Shown here: positions 1 to 10,585 of the stretch, piece by piece
How positions within the stretch are numbered: the stretch's first letter is position 1
Layout of the letters: each line of letters starts with the position of its first letter
Assembly (NCBI GenBank): GCA_039194325.1
Contig: JBCCWC010000005.1
Span: forward strand, 1 to 64,000
DNA: 64,000 nucleotides
Origin: Myxococcota bacterium
Lineage (GTDB): Bacteria > Myxococcota_A > Polyangia > Nannocystales > Nannocystaceae
Direction of reading: 5' to 3'
Notes under the pieces: model-generated
Databases searched by the model: none
The model's input: the letters and a program-made list of their open reading frames with translations, nothing else
Told to the model about the DNA's origin: nothing
Made by a program: the position numbers and the translations under genes

Positions 1-2
1 AG

Positions 3-3000
3 GCTGCCTCCAACGGCACGATCAGTGGTGTCATCACCAACAAGAAGACCAAGGAGCGCCTCGCCGAGGCGCTGGTGATCCTCCAGTGCTCTTGCTTGCA
101 GGGCACGCGCGAGACCCAGACCAACAGCAACGGTCTGTACGCCTTCCGCGATCTGCCGCCGGGTACCTACACGATCCAGGTGCTCTCGGGTCAGGCCGAC
201 GTCTCCAAGATCACCACCTTGCCGGCTGGGGCCAAGTTCCGCGCGAATTTCACCATCGACCCCAACAACGAGTTCACCGTGCGCGTGCGCGTCAAGGCGC
301 AGCCGGTCGAGCAAAAGACCTCGGTCGGTCGCACGGTGAGCATGGAGGAGTTCCGCAACATCCCCGTGGGCAACTCCACCGGTCGCGATTTCACCCAGGT
401 GGTGGAGTCCTCGGCCACCGCCTCGCGCGACTCCGCGGGGATCTCCTTGGCGGGCACCTCGGGCGCGGAGTCCAAGTACACCGTCGAGGGCGCCAACGTG
501 AACAACCCCTCCTTCGGCACCGTGGGCGCGTCGATCGTCCAGGAGTTCGTCGAGGAGGTCGAGGTCCAGGAGGCCGGCTACGACGCCGAGTTCGGCGGGG
601 CCGCGGGCGGCCAGGTCGTCGCCCGGCGCGTGTCGGGCACCAACACCCTGCGCGGCGTCGCTCGCTTTACCTACACCCCGCGCCTGGCTCGACCGCGCTT
701 CATCCTCGCCACCGACAACGCGATCCGAGCCACCGAGACCCCCGACTTCCTGATGCAGGGCGTGGTGGTGGCCAGCGGCCCGATCATCAAGGATCGGCTG
801 TTCTGGACGGCGGGCGTCCAGGCCACCGGCGGTCGCAACTCGCTGATCCAGACCTTCCACCACCGGGTCGACAAGGACGGCTCGGGCGGCTACGAGGATT
901 GCCCCTACCAAAACGGCGACTTCGACTGCGTCGACGGGGGGGACTACATCCAGACCGAGCAGTTCGCCGACCAAGACTTCAACACCGGCGCTGTGGGGCT
1001 GGGCTTTCAGCTCGGCCTCGACTGGGCGATCAACCCGCGGCACCGGCTGCGCGCCACCTTCTTTGGGCAGCCCAGCTTCACCCGCCGCACCTATCGCCGC
1101 CCGGTCAGCCGCGCCACCCTCGACCCCAGCTCGTTCGGCACCGCGCTCAACTCCGATCCCCTCGGCGGCGGCACCAACACCGCCAACGGCGTGGTCAACG
1201 AGCACTTCGGCTGGGATCGCGCCAACTCGATGTTCGTGACCCTGGGCTACCTCGGTCGCGTGGCCGACGACAAGATCGAGATCGACGCCAACCTGTCCTA
1301 CTCGCAGTTCACCGTGCAGGAGGCCTGGCGGATCGACAACCCCGAGCTGGCCAACCTCCCCGCCACCCAGGAGTTCGACACCGAGGGCGAGAACCTGTTC
1401 GAGTTCCTCGACCGCGACGGACGCCTCGATCTCGTGCCCGGCGTCGCCGAGGCCTGCAACGACTCCGGCCTGCCCGGCCTGGCCTGTCCCGTGCGCAACT
1501 GGCTGTCGGGCGGCATCGGCCAGTACAGCCGGGACGTGTCCCGCTCGGTGGGCGGCGACGTCTCGCTGACCCACTTCTTCAACGCCGCCGGCTCCCACCA
1601 GGTCAAGTACGGCGCCCTGTTCGACCACACCGAGCGGCGGACGATCAACCGCTACTCCGGCCAGAACATGGGCGACTTCTACGACAATTGTCAGCAGATG
1701 GGCCTGGCCGGCCAGGCCGACGACGAGGGCGGCGAGTGGTGCTTTGACAGTGCCAACAACGACTACGTGATCTCCACCGCCAACCGGGTCAACAACCACC
1801 GGTTCATGTTCGTCGACACCGACAACCCCGACGACCGTGACGCGGTGGGCTACGGCCGCGTGCGCAAGGAACAAGGCGAGCTACGGGCGATCGCCAGCCC
1901 GCTGGGCGCCGGGATCCGGGCCGACGAGTACAACGAGCGGCTGTCCACCCAAAACTACGCGCTCTTCTTGCAGGACAAGTGGGCGATCTTGTCCAACCTG
2001 TTCCTCTCCGCCGGTGTTCGCTGGGAGCTGCAGGACATGCGCGACATCCTGGGCGACCGCGCGATCCTCATCTGGGACAACGTGGCCCCGCGCGTGGGCG
2101 TGGTCTACGACTGGACCGACGAAGGACGCAGCCGCCTGTTCGCCAGCTACGGCTGGTTCTACCAGACCCTCCCGCTCCAGCTGAACTCCCGCGTGTTCGG
2201 CGGCCTGGTCGACGTGCGGCGGACCTACCGCAACGCCCAGTGTCAGGGCCAGCAGGTCATGATCAACGGCAACACCTTCGCCCGCGAAGAGAACGGCCAG
2301 CCCACCGAGTTCTGCCCCGACTTCTCCGAGTCCACCGGGCAGCTCACCGAGGGCGCCGTCGTGCCGCGGCTGCGCGGGCAGTACAACCAGCAGTTCCAGA
2401 TCGGCTACGAGCAGGAGGTCATCGAGGATCTCACCCTCGGCGTTCGCTGGCTGCACACCGATCTGGGGCGCGCGGTGGAGGACGTGTCCACCAACGGCGG
2501 CCTGAACTTCATCATCGCCAACCCCGGCGTCGAGGTCGCCCAGGAGGACATCTCCCGGCAGGAGGCCCAGTGCCAGGAGCTCGATGCGCAGCTGCAGATG
2601 CTCGACATGGACGACGATGGTCGCAACCAGGTCGCCCGTGAGCTGCAGCGCTGCCTGTTCCTGGCCGACGCGTTCTCGCGGGTCAACCAGATCTTCGACG
2701 AGCCCAGCCGCAACTTCGACGCGTTCACCTTCGAGGTCAAAAAGCGCTTCGCGCGGAACTGGCTGCTGCTCGGCTCGTATACCTTCAGCCGGCTGGTGGG
2801 CAACTACGACGGGTTCGTCGATCCGATCAGCGGCGCTATCAACCTGGGGTCGAGCATCCAGTACGACATCCCCGAGCTGGTGCGTAATAGCTTTGGCCCG
2901 CTGTCGTTCAACACCCCGCACCGGGCCAAGGTGGACGGCTTCTACTCGTTCGACCTGCAGGAGGCGGGGCGCCTGACCCTGGGCACCAGCTTCCGGTTCC

Positions 3001-3416
3001 AGTCGGGCTACCCGATCTCGCTGCGCGCGGGCAACAACCGCTACCCGGGGTCATTCCCGGTCTACGTGGTGCCGCGCGGGGCCGGCGGCCGGGTCGAGCC
3101 CAACTACAGCTGGAACCTCAGCCTCAGCTACGCGTACCCGCTGCCGGGCAACCTCGAGATCGAGGCGCAGGCGCGGGTGATCAACGTGACCAACTCCAAG
3201 GCGGTCATCCGGGTCGACGAGGTGTACTCGTTCAGCAATACGCGGGCGGTGGCCGGCGGCGACCTCAACGATCTCAAGCACACCAAGATCCAGGACGCGA
3301 GCAACCCCACCGACTTCTTCCAGCGCACGGTGCTGCCGCCGCAGGGGAACTTCGGGGTGGAGAGCTCGTTCCAGACCCCGCTGGCGGCGAGCTTCGAGCT
3401 GCAGTTGAGGTTCTAG
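3..3416 (+). CDS. TonB-dependent outer-membrane receptor, Oar-like, with N-terminal carboxypeptidase-regulatory-like domain (5' end outside window)
   Basis: Frame open back to window start (AASNGTISGVITNKKTKERLAEALVI...). Plug motifs 'GISLAGTSGAESKYTVEGANV' and 'GYDAEFGGAAGG', barrel strands 'ALFLQDKW' and 'APRVGVVYD', C-terminal Phe (ELQLRF). Confidence 0.9.
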   Translation, partial: AASNGTISGVITNKKTKERLAEALVILQCSCLQGTRETQTNSNGLYAFRDLPPGTYTIQVLSGQADVSKITTLPAGAKFRANFTIDPNNEFTVRVRVKAQPVEQKTSVGRTVSMEEFRNIPVGNSTGRDFTQVVESSATASRDSAGISLAGTSGAESKYTVEGANVNNPSFGTVGASIVQEFVEEVEVQEAGYDAEFGGAAGGQVVARRVSGTNTLRGVARFTYTPRLARPRFILATDNAIRATETPDFLMQGVVVASGPIIKDRLFWTAGVQATGGRNSLIQTFHHRVDKDGSGGYEDCPYQNGDFDCVDGGDYIQTEQFADQDFNTGAVGLGFQLGLDWAINPRHRLRATFFGQPSFTRRTYRRPVSRATLDPSSFGTALNSDPLGGGTNTANGVVNEHFGWDRANSMFVTLGYLGRVADDKIEIDANLSYSQFTVQEAWRIDNPELANLPATQEFDTEGENLFEFLDRDGRLDLVPGVAEACNDSGLPGLACPVRNWLSGGIGQYSRDVSRSVGGDVSLTHFFNAAGSHQVKYGALFDHTERRTINRYSGQNMGDFYDNCQQMGLAGQADDEGGEWCFDSANNDYVISTANRVNNHRFMFVDTDNPDDRDAVGYGRVRKEQGELRAIASPLGAGIRADEYNERLSTQNYALFLQDKWAILSNLFLSAGVRWELQDMRDILGDRAILIWDNVAPRVGVVYDWTDEGRSRLFASYGWFYQTLPLQLNSRVFGGLVDVRRTYRNAQCQGQQVMINGNTFAREENGQPTEFCPDFSESTGQLTEGAVVPRLRGQYNQQFQIGYEQEVIEDLTLGVRWLHTDLGRAVEDVSTNGGLNFIIANPGVEVAQEDISRQEAQCQELDAQLQMLDMDDDGRNQVARELQRCLFLADAFSRVNQIFDEPSRNFDAFTFEVKKRFARNWLLLGSYTFSRLVGNYDGFVDPISGAINLGSSIQYDIPELVRNSFGPLSFNTPHRAKVDGFYSFDLQEAGRLTLGTSFRFQSGYPISLRAGNNRYPGSFPVYVVPRGAGGRVEPNYSWNLSLSYAYPLPGNLEIEAQARVINVTNSKAVIRVDEVYSFSNTRAVAGGDLNDLKHTKIQDASNPTDFFQRTVLPPQGNFGVESSFQTPLAASFELQLRF

Positions 3417-3457
3417 CCCCCCGCAGCCAAAGGGGGTGCTTGGAGGTGCGGGAAGCT

Positions 3458-3490
3458 TCCCCCCGCACGCGGGGGGATTTCCTTGTTTGT
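3458..3490 (+). terminator. Probable intrinsic terminator after the TonB receptor
   Basis: GC hairpin CCCCCCGC-AC-GCGGGGGG followed by ATTTCCTTGTTTGT, about 40 nt after the stop. Confidence 0.55.
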
Positions 3491-3961
3491 CCTTCGCGGG
3501 CGGGGTGGCGAGCTCATCATCGATGAAGGTGGAGGGGCCATCGAGCCGTGTCTCCACTGGCCCGTCGCGTGGGTACGGACTCGTATTGCCCTCGAATTAT
3601 GCGAGATTCTTCGACGCCTCCCTCGTCGCTGCCCATCACCTCAGATGCGAACACGCAACCCTGGGCCAGCGCGAACGCCCAGGGCAGGATCACCCATCGA
3701 CTGCGCACTCGGGGTCTGGTCATCATCGTCGAGACGTCCTGCTCAACTACTATTCCCGGCTCACCGTGAATCCGTCAGAGAAAACGACCGGCGAGCGCCA
3801 ATGCCGCCATTGTCGGGCACGCTACAGACGCAACGATGGACGATGGTCGCCGAGCAGAGAAGCACGACGAAAGCCCAGTCGAGCACCAAAGAGCCTCCCC
3901 AAGGATGACGCGAGACGAGAGCCGATCGACAATCGCCCCCAACCCGCGAAAGAAACGACCA

Positions 3962-4831
3962 ATGGCATCTGCCACCACCCCCCAACAGGAAGACTACCGC
4001 GCCCGACGTCCCGTGAGCCTCGGCAATGTCCAGGAGACCTTGCTCATCCCTCTTTACGCGAGGGCGGTCGAGACGAAGCGAACCGGCGGTCTGCTCGAGG
4101 ACCCGCGGGCGGTCGAGATCGTCGACCAGCTCGACTACGACTTCAGCAAGTGGAACAGCGGCAGCCTCGCCGGTGCTTGCCTTCGCACGCGCATCTTCGA
4201 TGAGTTCGCCCGGCGCTTTCTCGAGCAAAACCCCGCAGGCACGATCGTCGAGATCGGATGCGGCCTGAACACACGGTTCGAGCGGATCGACAACGGTCGC
4301 GCGAGATGGTTCGAGCTCGATCTCCCCGACGTCATCGACCTCCGCCGCCAGTACTTCGAGGATGCTCCCCGTCGCACCATGATCGCCGCGAGCGTGCTCG
4401 ACGAAGCCTGGATGGACCCCGTGCTCGAAGCTGGCGGCCCGACGATCTTTCTCTCCGAGGCGGTCATCATCTATCTCGAAGAGGCCCAGGTCAAACAGAT
4501 CATCACGCAGCTCGCCAAGAAGTTCCCAGGGGCCTGGTTGGTCACGGACACCTGTACCACCAAGTTCACCACCCCCAAGGCGAGCGCCAACGCCATGAAG
4601 AGGCTGTCGATCAAGAGCTGGTTCAAGTGGGCATGTGATGACCCAAAGGCGGTGGAGAGCTGGCACCCCGGCATCGAGCTCGTCTCGTCGATGACCGCCT
4701 TCGATGCGAGCCCCGAGCTCAAAGCCAAGCTGCCCTTCAGCTGGCGAGTCATGCTCCGCGTGGTGCCGTGGCTAGTCCGATTGATGACCAAGAACTACCG
4801 GTTCTGCCACTATCGCCTCGGCAAGGCCTGA
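3962..4831 (+). CDS. Class I SAM-dependent methyltransferase, leucine carboxyl methyltransferase/TcmP-like family
   Basis: Motifs 'LGNVQETLLIPLYARA', 'VEIGCGLNTRFER', 'WFELDLPDVI'. Start taken at ATG 3962, in frame with the 3836 ORF. Confidence 0.85.
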   Translation: MASATTPQQEDYRARRPVSLGNVQETLLIPLYARAVETKRTGGLLEDPRAVEIVDQLDYDFSKWNSGSLAGACLRTRIFDEFARRFLEQNPAGTIVEIGCGLNTRFERIDNGRARWFELDLPDVIDLRRQYFEDAPRRTMIAASVLDEAWMDPVLEAGGPTIFLSEAVIIYLEEAQVKQIITQLAKKFPGAWLVTDTCTTKFTTPKASANAMKRLSIKSWFKWACDDPKAVESWHPGIELVSSMTAFDASPELKAKLPFSWRVMLRVVPWLVRLMTKNYRFCHYRLGKA

Positions 4832-4919
4832 ATCAGCCTGGCGCCACACGTTCGCGCCATAACGGTCCGCAGACGATGGTCGCCGGGTGCCCCGTGACCC
4901 CGGCCGAACGCATGCCCCT

Positions 4920-6983
4920 TCAAGCAAAGGCAACCGGGACGAACGATAGGAACAAGCTGCCCAGCTGGTACAAGACCACGGCCGCCACATAGGCGATCGC
5001 CGTCATGCTGCAGAACATGAAGATCGGCCACCGCCACGTCCTGGTCTCTCGTCGCACGACGGCCAAGGTCGACATGCACTGCGCCGCATAGACAAAGAAC
5101 ACCATGAGCGCCATCGCCGATAGCGGCGTGTACAAAGGCTCGTTCGTCCGCGGGTCACGGGCCTCGCGAAGCCGCTCGCGCAGAGACGCGTCGTCTCCGT
5201 CCGCATTCTCGATCCCGAACACCAAGCCAAGCGTAGAGACGAAGACCTCCCTCGCGGCGAAGCTACCCAAGATCGCAACACCGATCCGCCAGTCTTGCCC
5301 CATGGGCCGCAGCGCAGGCTCGACCGCCTTGCCCACGCGTCCCCCAACACTGTGCTCGATCGGCGTCGAGTGATCCAAGAGCTCGACATCGGGCGGCTTG
5401 GGAAAGCTCAGCATGACCCACAGGACAACGGTCGCGGCAAGGATCGTAGTTCCGGTGTCACGCAAGAACCCTCGGACCCGATCCCACACCTTCGACAGGA
5501 TGTGGCGTAGCCTCGGTAGTCGATAGGGCGGCAGCTCGATGAGCAGGGGGAGTCGGGGACCTCGCACGATCGTCCGCTTGTAGATGAAACCCACGAGCAG
5601 GGCGGAGAACGTGGACAGGCCATACATGCCGAGCAACATCAAGCCACCGAGGCTGAACGGGCCCAGCACGATCCGATCGGCGTCGAAGAACGCTCCGATG
5701 AGCAGCGCATAGATCGGCAACCTCGCGCTGCAGCTCACGAAGGGGATCATCAGCATGGTAACCAGACGCGCCGAGAACGAGCGGATCGTCCGCGTTCCCA
5801 TGATGGCCGGGATCGCACACGCAAAGCCCGACAGCAGCGGGACGAACGAGCTCCCCGACAACCCCGCCTTCGCCATGACCCGATCGACGATGAACGCGGC
5901 GCGGGCCATGTACCCGGAGTCCTCGAGCAACCCAATGAACGCGAACAAGAGCGTGATCTGAGGAACGAACACGATGACGTTGCCGACCCCCGCGAGCACC
6001 CCCTGGCTGATGAAGTCGACGAGGATCCCCTCGCCGAGCAGCACCTCGACCTGCCCCTGCGTCCAGCCGATCACCCCCTCGATCGCCTTCATGAACGGCT
6101 CTGCCCACGCGAACATCGACTGGAACACGATGGTCATCACGAGCATGAAGACCGCCGGGCCCGCGACACGGTGGGTCAGCACGCGGTCGATCTTCTCGGA
6201 AGTCGTCATCGGAGACGCGATGGCCCGCCTCTCGCTGTGAGCCCGCGCCAAGATCCGATCGATCTCCGCGTAGCGACGCTCGATGATGGCGATCACCGCT
6301 CGACGCACCGCCTCACCACCAGCAAGCTCCACCGGAAGCTCCGAGCGCTCGGCGGCGTACCCCTCGACGACGGCGCGAGTGAGCAACCACCTGGCTTTGG
6401 CCGGCCCGTGTTGGGCGGACAGTCGCTCGACCAACGGATCCTCGACGTCCACGCACCAGGGGTGGCTGCGCCGTGCATTGCTCGCGAGAGCATCGACGAC
6501 CGCGTCGAGCCCTCGCGCTCGGCTCGCGATGGTCTCGATGATCGGCAGCCCGAGCTCTCGCGCCAATCGCTCGACATCGATCTCCAACCCCGCCTTCCGA
6601 GCGAGATCCATCATGTTGAGCGCGACGACGCAGGGCAGGCCCAGCTCGCGGATCTGCAAGGCAAGATACAGATTTCGGGCAAGGCTGGTTGCGTCGACGA
6701 CGAGGAGAACTACATCGGGCTGAACCTCGCCAGCCCCCGAGAGCACACGATACGCCAGGCGCTCGTCCTCGGCCGTCGCCGTCAGGCTGTAGATACCCGG
6801 TAGATCGAACAGCTCGATGGGGCGAGGCACGTCGAACCGTGAGCAGACGGATCCTCGCGCCACCTCGACGGTCACACCCGCAAAGTTCCCCACCGAGTGC
6901 CGCAGGCCGGTGAGCTCGTTGAAGAGGCTGGTCTTGCCCACATTCGGGTTACCAGCGACCGCAACCCGGAGCGGAGCCGTCAC
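4920..6983 (-). CDS. feoB: Ferrous iron transporter FeoB
   Basis: G1 GNPNVGKT, G2 GNFAGVTVE, G3 DLPG, G4 NMMD, gate motif 'LEDSGYMARAAF', multiple TM helices. Overlaps feoA by 4 nt. Confidence 0.95.
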   Translation of the reverse strand: MTAPLRVAVAGNPNVGKTSLFNELTGLRHSVGNFAGVTVEVARGSVCSRFDVPRPIELFDLPGIYSLTATAEDERLAYRVLSGAGEVQPDVVLLVVDATSLARNLYLALQIRELGLPCVVALNMMDLARKAGLEIDVERLARELGLPIIETIASRARGLDAVVDALASNARRSHPWCVDVEDPLVERLSAQHGPAKARWLLTRAVVEGYAAERSELPVELAGGEAVRRAVIAIIERRYAEIDRILARAHSERRAIASPMTTSEKIDRVLTHRVAGPAVFMLVMTIVFQSMFAWAEPFMKAIEGVIGWTQGQVEVLLGEGILVDFISQGVLAGVGNVIVFVPQITLLFAFIGLLEDSGYMARAAFIVDRVMAKAGLSGSSFVPLLSGFACAIPAIMGTRTIRSFSARLVTMLMIPFVSCSARLPIYALLIGAFFDADRIVLGPFSLGGLMLLGMYGLSTFSALLVGFIYKRTIVRGPRLPLLIELPPYRLPRLRHILSKVWDRVRGFLRDTGTTILAATVVLWVMLSFPKPPDVELLDHSTPIEHSVGGRVGKAVEPALRPMGQDWRIGVAILGSFAAREVFVSTLGLVFGIENADGDDASLRERLREARDPRTNEPLYTPLSAMALMVFFVYAAQCMSTLAVVRRETRTWRWPIFMFCSMTAIAYVAAVVLYQLGSLFLSFVPVAFA

Positions 6984-7228
6984 TTGAGCAGCTCCACGAG
7001 CACGTGCCTCGCCTCCTGCGCCCGAACCGACACATGGTAGCCACGCAGCCTCAGCTCGATCGGATCGCCCAGCGGTGCGCGCTTGATGACCTCGACCTCG
7101 GTGCCACGCACGAACCCCATCTCGAGCAGCTGGACGAGGACCGCTCCGTCGCCGAGAACCTCGGTAATTCGTGCGGGCTCATGGAGCGGGAGACGGTCTA
7201 GCCCCCGGGCGCGGCCAATGTCGGTCAT
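6980..7228 (-). CDS. feoA: Ferrous iron transport protein FeoA
   Basis: 'LLEMGFVRGTEVEVIKRAPLGDPIELRLRGYHVSVR' FeoA signature; directly upstream of feoB. Confidence 0.93.
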   Translation of the reverse strand: MTDIGRARGLDRLPLHEPARITEVLGDGAVLVQLLEMGFVRGTEVEVIKRAPLGDPIELRLRGYHVSVRAQEARHVLVELLK

Positions 7229-7337
7229 GCGATCGTCTCGCGAACTTCGACGACACGGTCCCCAATGGCCAAGATGACCACGGGAGTTGATGTCGACGTG
7301 CTAAGGAGCCCCACGCTCCGCACGATCACTATTTTAT

Positions 7338-7356
7338 GAAAAAGATAATCAATTTC
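7338..7356. promoter_or_regulatory. Fur-box-like operator upstream of feoAB
   Basis: GAAAAAGATAATCAATTTC matches 15/19 positions of the classical Fur consensus GATAATGATAATCATTATC. It lies in an AT-rich island about 110 nt upstream of feoA. Confidence 0.75.
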
Positions 7357-7473
7357 AACATATTTAGGACCGTCTTTTCATCGACATATTAGGAATTTCC
7401 GTTACTAATTGAAGTTTTCCCCCATCGAGTTCAGAAGATGCGCAAAGACGCGCTCCCCGCCAACCCCCACCGC

Positions 7474-10359
7474 TCACTCGGTCGGCTCCGTTGGATCGAG
7501 CGCCGCCGGATGCTTCGCCAACCACGCCTCCACTTTGGCGAGACCCCCCGCGCTGACCTTGGTGTAGCCATCGCGAGCCTGCTCCGCCAGCCCACGCGCA
7601 CGGGCACGCTGCGAACGATCGCTCCACGAGGCGCGGGCGAGCACGAAACGAGCCTCCGCCACTTGCTCGGGTGCAACCCCCGCCACCTCAAGGATCGACA
7701 CCGCACGCTCGGCACGCACCCGCGCAGCCTCATCGTCCCCCTGAGCCTCGTCGACCCGAGCCAAACCAAGCAGAGCATCGGGTAGATTGGGATGGTCAGG
7801 GCCCAGCGCCTCTTCCCAGATCTCGAGTGCTCGCTCGAAGTGGACACGGGCCTGTTCGTACATTTCCTGGTACTCGAACGAATCCCCCAGGTTGACCAGG
7901 GCCGTGGCCACTCGAGGGTGGTCGGGCCCTAGCGATCTGTTCCACTCCTTGAGCACTCGCTCGTGGTACCGTCGGGCCTGCTCGTGCTCTCCTCGGTCGC
8001 TCAGCAGCACCCCCAAGTTACTCAGAGTGTTCACGAAATCGGGGTGGTCCGGCCCCAGTGCCGCTTCACGGATCCGCAGTGCCCGCTCATAGTGCCGCTT
8101 GGCCTCGTCGTAGTCTCCTTGGCTATGGAACACGGTACCCAGGTTGTTCAGGGTCATCGCGACATCGGGATGGCTGACCCCCAGCTCCTGCTCCCGTATC
8201 TCCAGCGCTCGTTCGTAGTACGCGCGGGCCTGCTCGTACTTCCCTTGGTCGCAGAGCACGGTCCCCAAGTTGAGCAAACCGATGGCTACTCCTAGATGAT
8301 CGACACCAAGTTCTTGCTCCCGTATCTGCAACGATTGCTCGTAGTGATGGCGGGCCTGGTCGTACTTACCTCGAGCATGGAGCACCTTGCCCAGGTTGTT
8401 TAGGCCAAGGGCGACCATGACTCGATCACCACTACGCGTGGCATGAGCCATCGCCGCTTGACCCCACGCCCACCCCTCGGCTTGCCGCCCTTGACGGACG
8501 CTGAGCAATTGACTCAACCCAATGACCGTCCAGATCGCTACATCATCATCTCCGTGCTCCATGGCCAACATGTAGGAATCCCGCAAGTCTTGCTCCGCCT
8601 CGACGAAGCGACCCGTGCGCGCGCGAAGATCTCCCCGTAGCGCCTTGGCCTCGGCCTGCACAGGTCCATACCCCAGCGCCTCGGCTTGCTTCACCAAGTG
8701 CTCCGCCTCGACCAGCCGCGACCCATAGGTCTCGACCCTTCGCGCCACATCGATGTCCGCGATCTGCACGCGCAATTGCTCGACCTTCCACGCCACCTCT
8801 GGATCTTCGGGCGGAGGCACCCTGGCCTGCAGCGCCTCCAAGTCATCGCATTGCTCGAGTCCCGGCAACCCGGCCACCAGCTTCAACGCGTTGCGCACCA
8901 CCGTCGCATCGGCCACGGCGAGCGTGTTCACGGCCGCGCCCAGCGCCCGCTTGCGCTCGTACATGCAGCGCATGCGTAGGCCGAGCTCCTCGTTCCCGTA
9001 GACCTCCCGAACCCGCGTCGCTTCGCACACGTCGACGTGCTTGCTCGCCCACGACTCCGCGTACTGGTCCAGCCGGTCCTCGACCCGCACCCAGGTCTCC
9101 GCTGCATACGCCAGCTTCGTCCCCAAGATCGCCGCCTTCACCTCCGGCTTGCGCTCCTCGTCCCACAACCCGGCGAGCTCGGCCTCCGCTCCGTCACAGC
9201 GCTCCGGCGCCGCCGAGTACCACCCGGCCGCCAGCCCTCCCGCCACCGCGACCACCGCTCCCAACGCAACCCAACGACGATAGCGCGGACGACTGATCCG
9301 CCGTAGCTGCTCCAGCAGCACCAGCATCGACGGCCACCGATCTCTCGGATCCCGCGCCAAGCCTCTCTCGCACACCTTGCGCAGCCGACCGGGAACGTCC
9401 CGCCCCTTCGGCGGCGAGCGCAACACACCATCGCGCGCATCGGGCATGAAGGGTCGCTCGCCATAGAGCGCCTCCCACAAGGTCGCGCAGAAGCTGAACT
9501 GATCCGCGGCCGCGGTGATCCTGAGCCGCTCGAACTGCTCGGGCGGCATGTACGCCGGCGTCCCGATGATCGAGCCCTCTTGGGTCAACTCCGCCATCAG
9601 GGCCTCCGAGGCCGACGGAACCCGTGAGCGGCCAGATTGCGACGAGCTCTGCTCGCTCCCCACCCGCACCAATCCGAAGTCCATCACTCGAGCGCGACCG
9701 TCGTTGCCCACCATCACGTTGTCGGGCTTGAAATCACGATGTAGCAACCCCACGGCGTGTGCGGCCGCCAACCCCTCGCCAGCGCCGCGCATCACCTTCA
9801 GCACCTCGCGCCAGCTGCGAGGCTGGCGAAGCCAAGCACGCAGCGTTGGGCCTTCCACCATCTCCATGGCCAGCCAAAGCTGGGCATCGACCATCCCCAC
9901 GTCGTAGATCCCCACCACATGAGGATGGGCGAGCTTGCCCAAGGCCTGAGCCTCGCGCAACAATCGGGCCCGACCACGGTCTTTGGCAACTCCGGGTCGG
10001 AGGACCTTGAGCGCGACCTTGCGATCGAGCTTGGGATCGTACGCGGCATACACCACGCCCATCCCCCCGGCCCCGAGCTTGTCGAGCAACACATGGCGTC
10101 CGATGACCGACCCCAGCGCAAACTCCGACTTGAACCGGCGGATGCCACGCGCTCGACCAACCTCGGCCGTGGGAGCGAGCCGGCGAACCGGGCAAGCGCG
10201 ATCCGATTGCACTCGGGCCGTGCGAACCCGGCCCGACGTCGTTCGGGCCGAGTGACCAATGCCACCTCGTAGCGCCGACCGTCGCTTGGCTCCTGCCAGT
10301 ACGGTGGTTCGTAGTTCAGATGCGACGCGCTGCGGGTTGGTGTTGATCGACGAGGACAT
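7474..10359 (-). CDS. Membrane Ser/Thr protein kinase with C-terminal 42-aa TPR array (copy 1)
   Basis: LGAGGMGVVY, VALK, HRDFKPDN, DFG, GTPAYMPPE; TM 'WVALGAVVAVAGGLAAGW'; six LGxDHP...NLG-type repeats. Confidence 0.93.
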   Translation of the reverse strand: MSSSINTNPQRVASELRTTVLAGAKRRSALRGGIGHSARTTSGRVRTARVQSDRACPVRRLAPTAEVGRARGIRRFKSEFALGSVIGRHVLLDKLGAGGMGVVYAAYDPKLDRKVALKVLRPGVAKDRGRARLLREAQALGKLAHPHVVGIYDVGMVDAQLWLAMEMVEGPTLRAWLRQPRSWREVLKVMRGAGEGLAAAHAVGLLHRDFKPDNVMVGNDGRARVMDFGLVRVGSEQSSSQSGRSRVPSASEALMAELTQEGSIIGTPAYMPPEQFERLRITAAADQFSFCATLWEALYGERPFMPDARDGVLRSPPKGRDVPGRLRKVCERGLARDPRDRWPSMLVLLEQLRRISRPRYRRWVALGAVVAVAGGLAAGWYSAAPERCDGAEAELAGLWDEERKPEVKAAILGTKLAYAAETWVRVEDRLDQYAESWASKHVDVCEATRVREVYGNEELGLRMRCMYERKRALGAAVNTLAVADATVVRNALKLVAGLPGLEQCDDLEALQARVPPPEDPEVAWKVEQLRVQIADIDVARRVETYGSRLVEAEHLVKQAEALGYGPVQAEAKALRGDLRARTGRFVEAEQDLRDSYMLAMEHGDDDVAIWTVIGLSQLLSVRQGRQAEGWAWGQAAMAHATRSGDRVMVALGLNNLGKVLHARGKYDQARHHYEQSLQIREQELGVDHLGVAIGLLNLGTVLCDQGKYEQARAYYERALEIREQELGVSHPDVAMTLNNLGTVFHSQGDYDEAKRHYERALRIREAALGPDHPDFVNTLSNLGVLLSDRGEHEQARRYHERVLKEWNRSLGPDHPRVATALVNLGDSFEYQEMYEQARVHFERALEIWEEALGPDHPNLPDALLGLARVDEAQGDDEAARVRAERAVSILEVAGVAPEQVAEARFVLARASWSDRSQRARARGLAEQARDGYTKVSAGGLAKVEAWLAKHPAALDPTEPTE

Positions 10360-10585
10360 GGGTCAGCCCTCCTCCCCAGGTGCGCATAGCAGTCACCACC
10401 GACCCCGCTCAGCATTCACATCTGGCAATTTCCCACGCAGAATCATCGAATCGAGCAACAGCGGCGACCAAACCGTGTGACTCGTCACCGCTCACACATC
10501 CGCAGCCACGCCCGGCTTCATCGCCGGGCCAGATCGCGCAGCAGTAGCCGCCTGCACCGGTCAACGCAGATCCAACGCCCACCGT

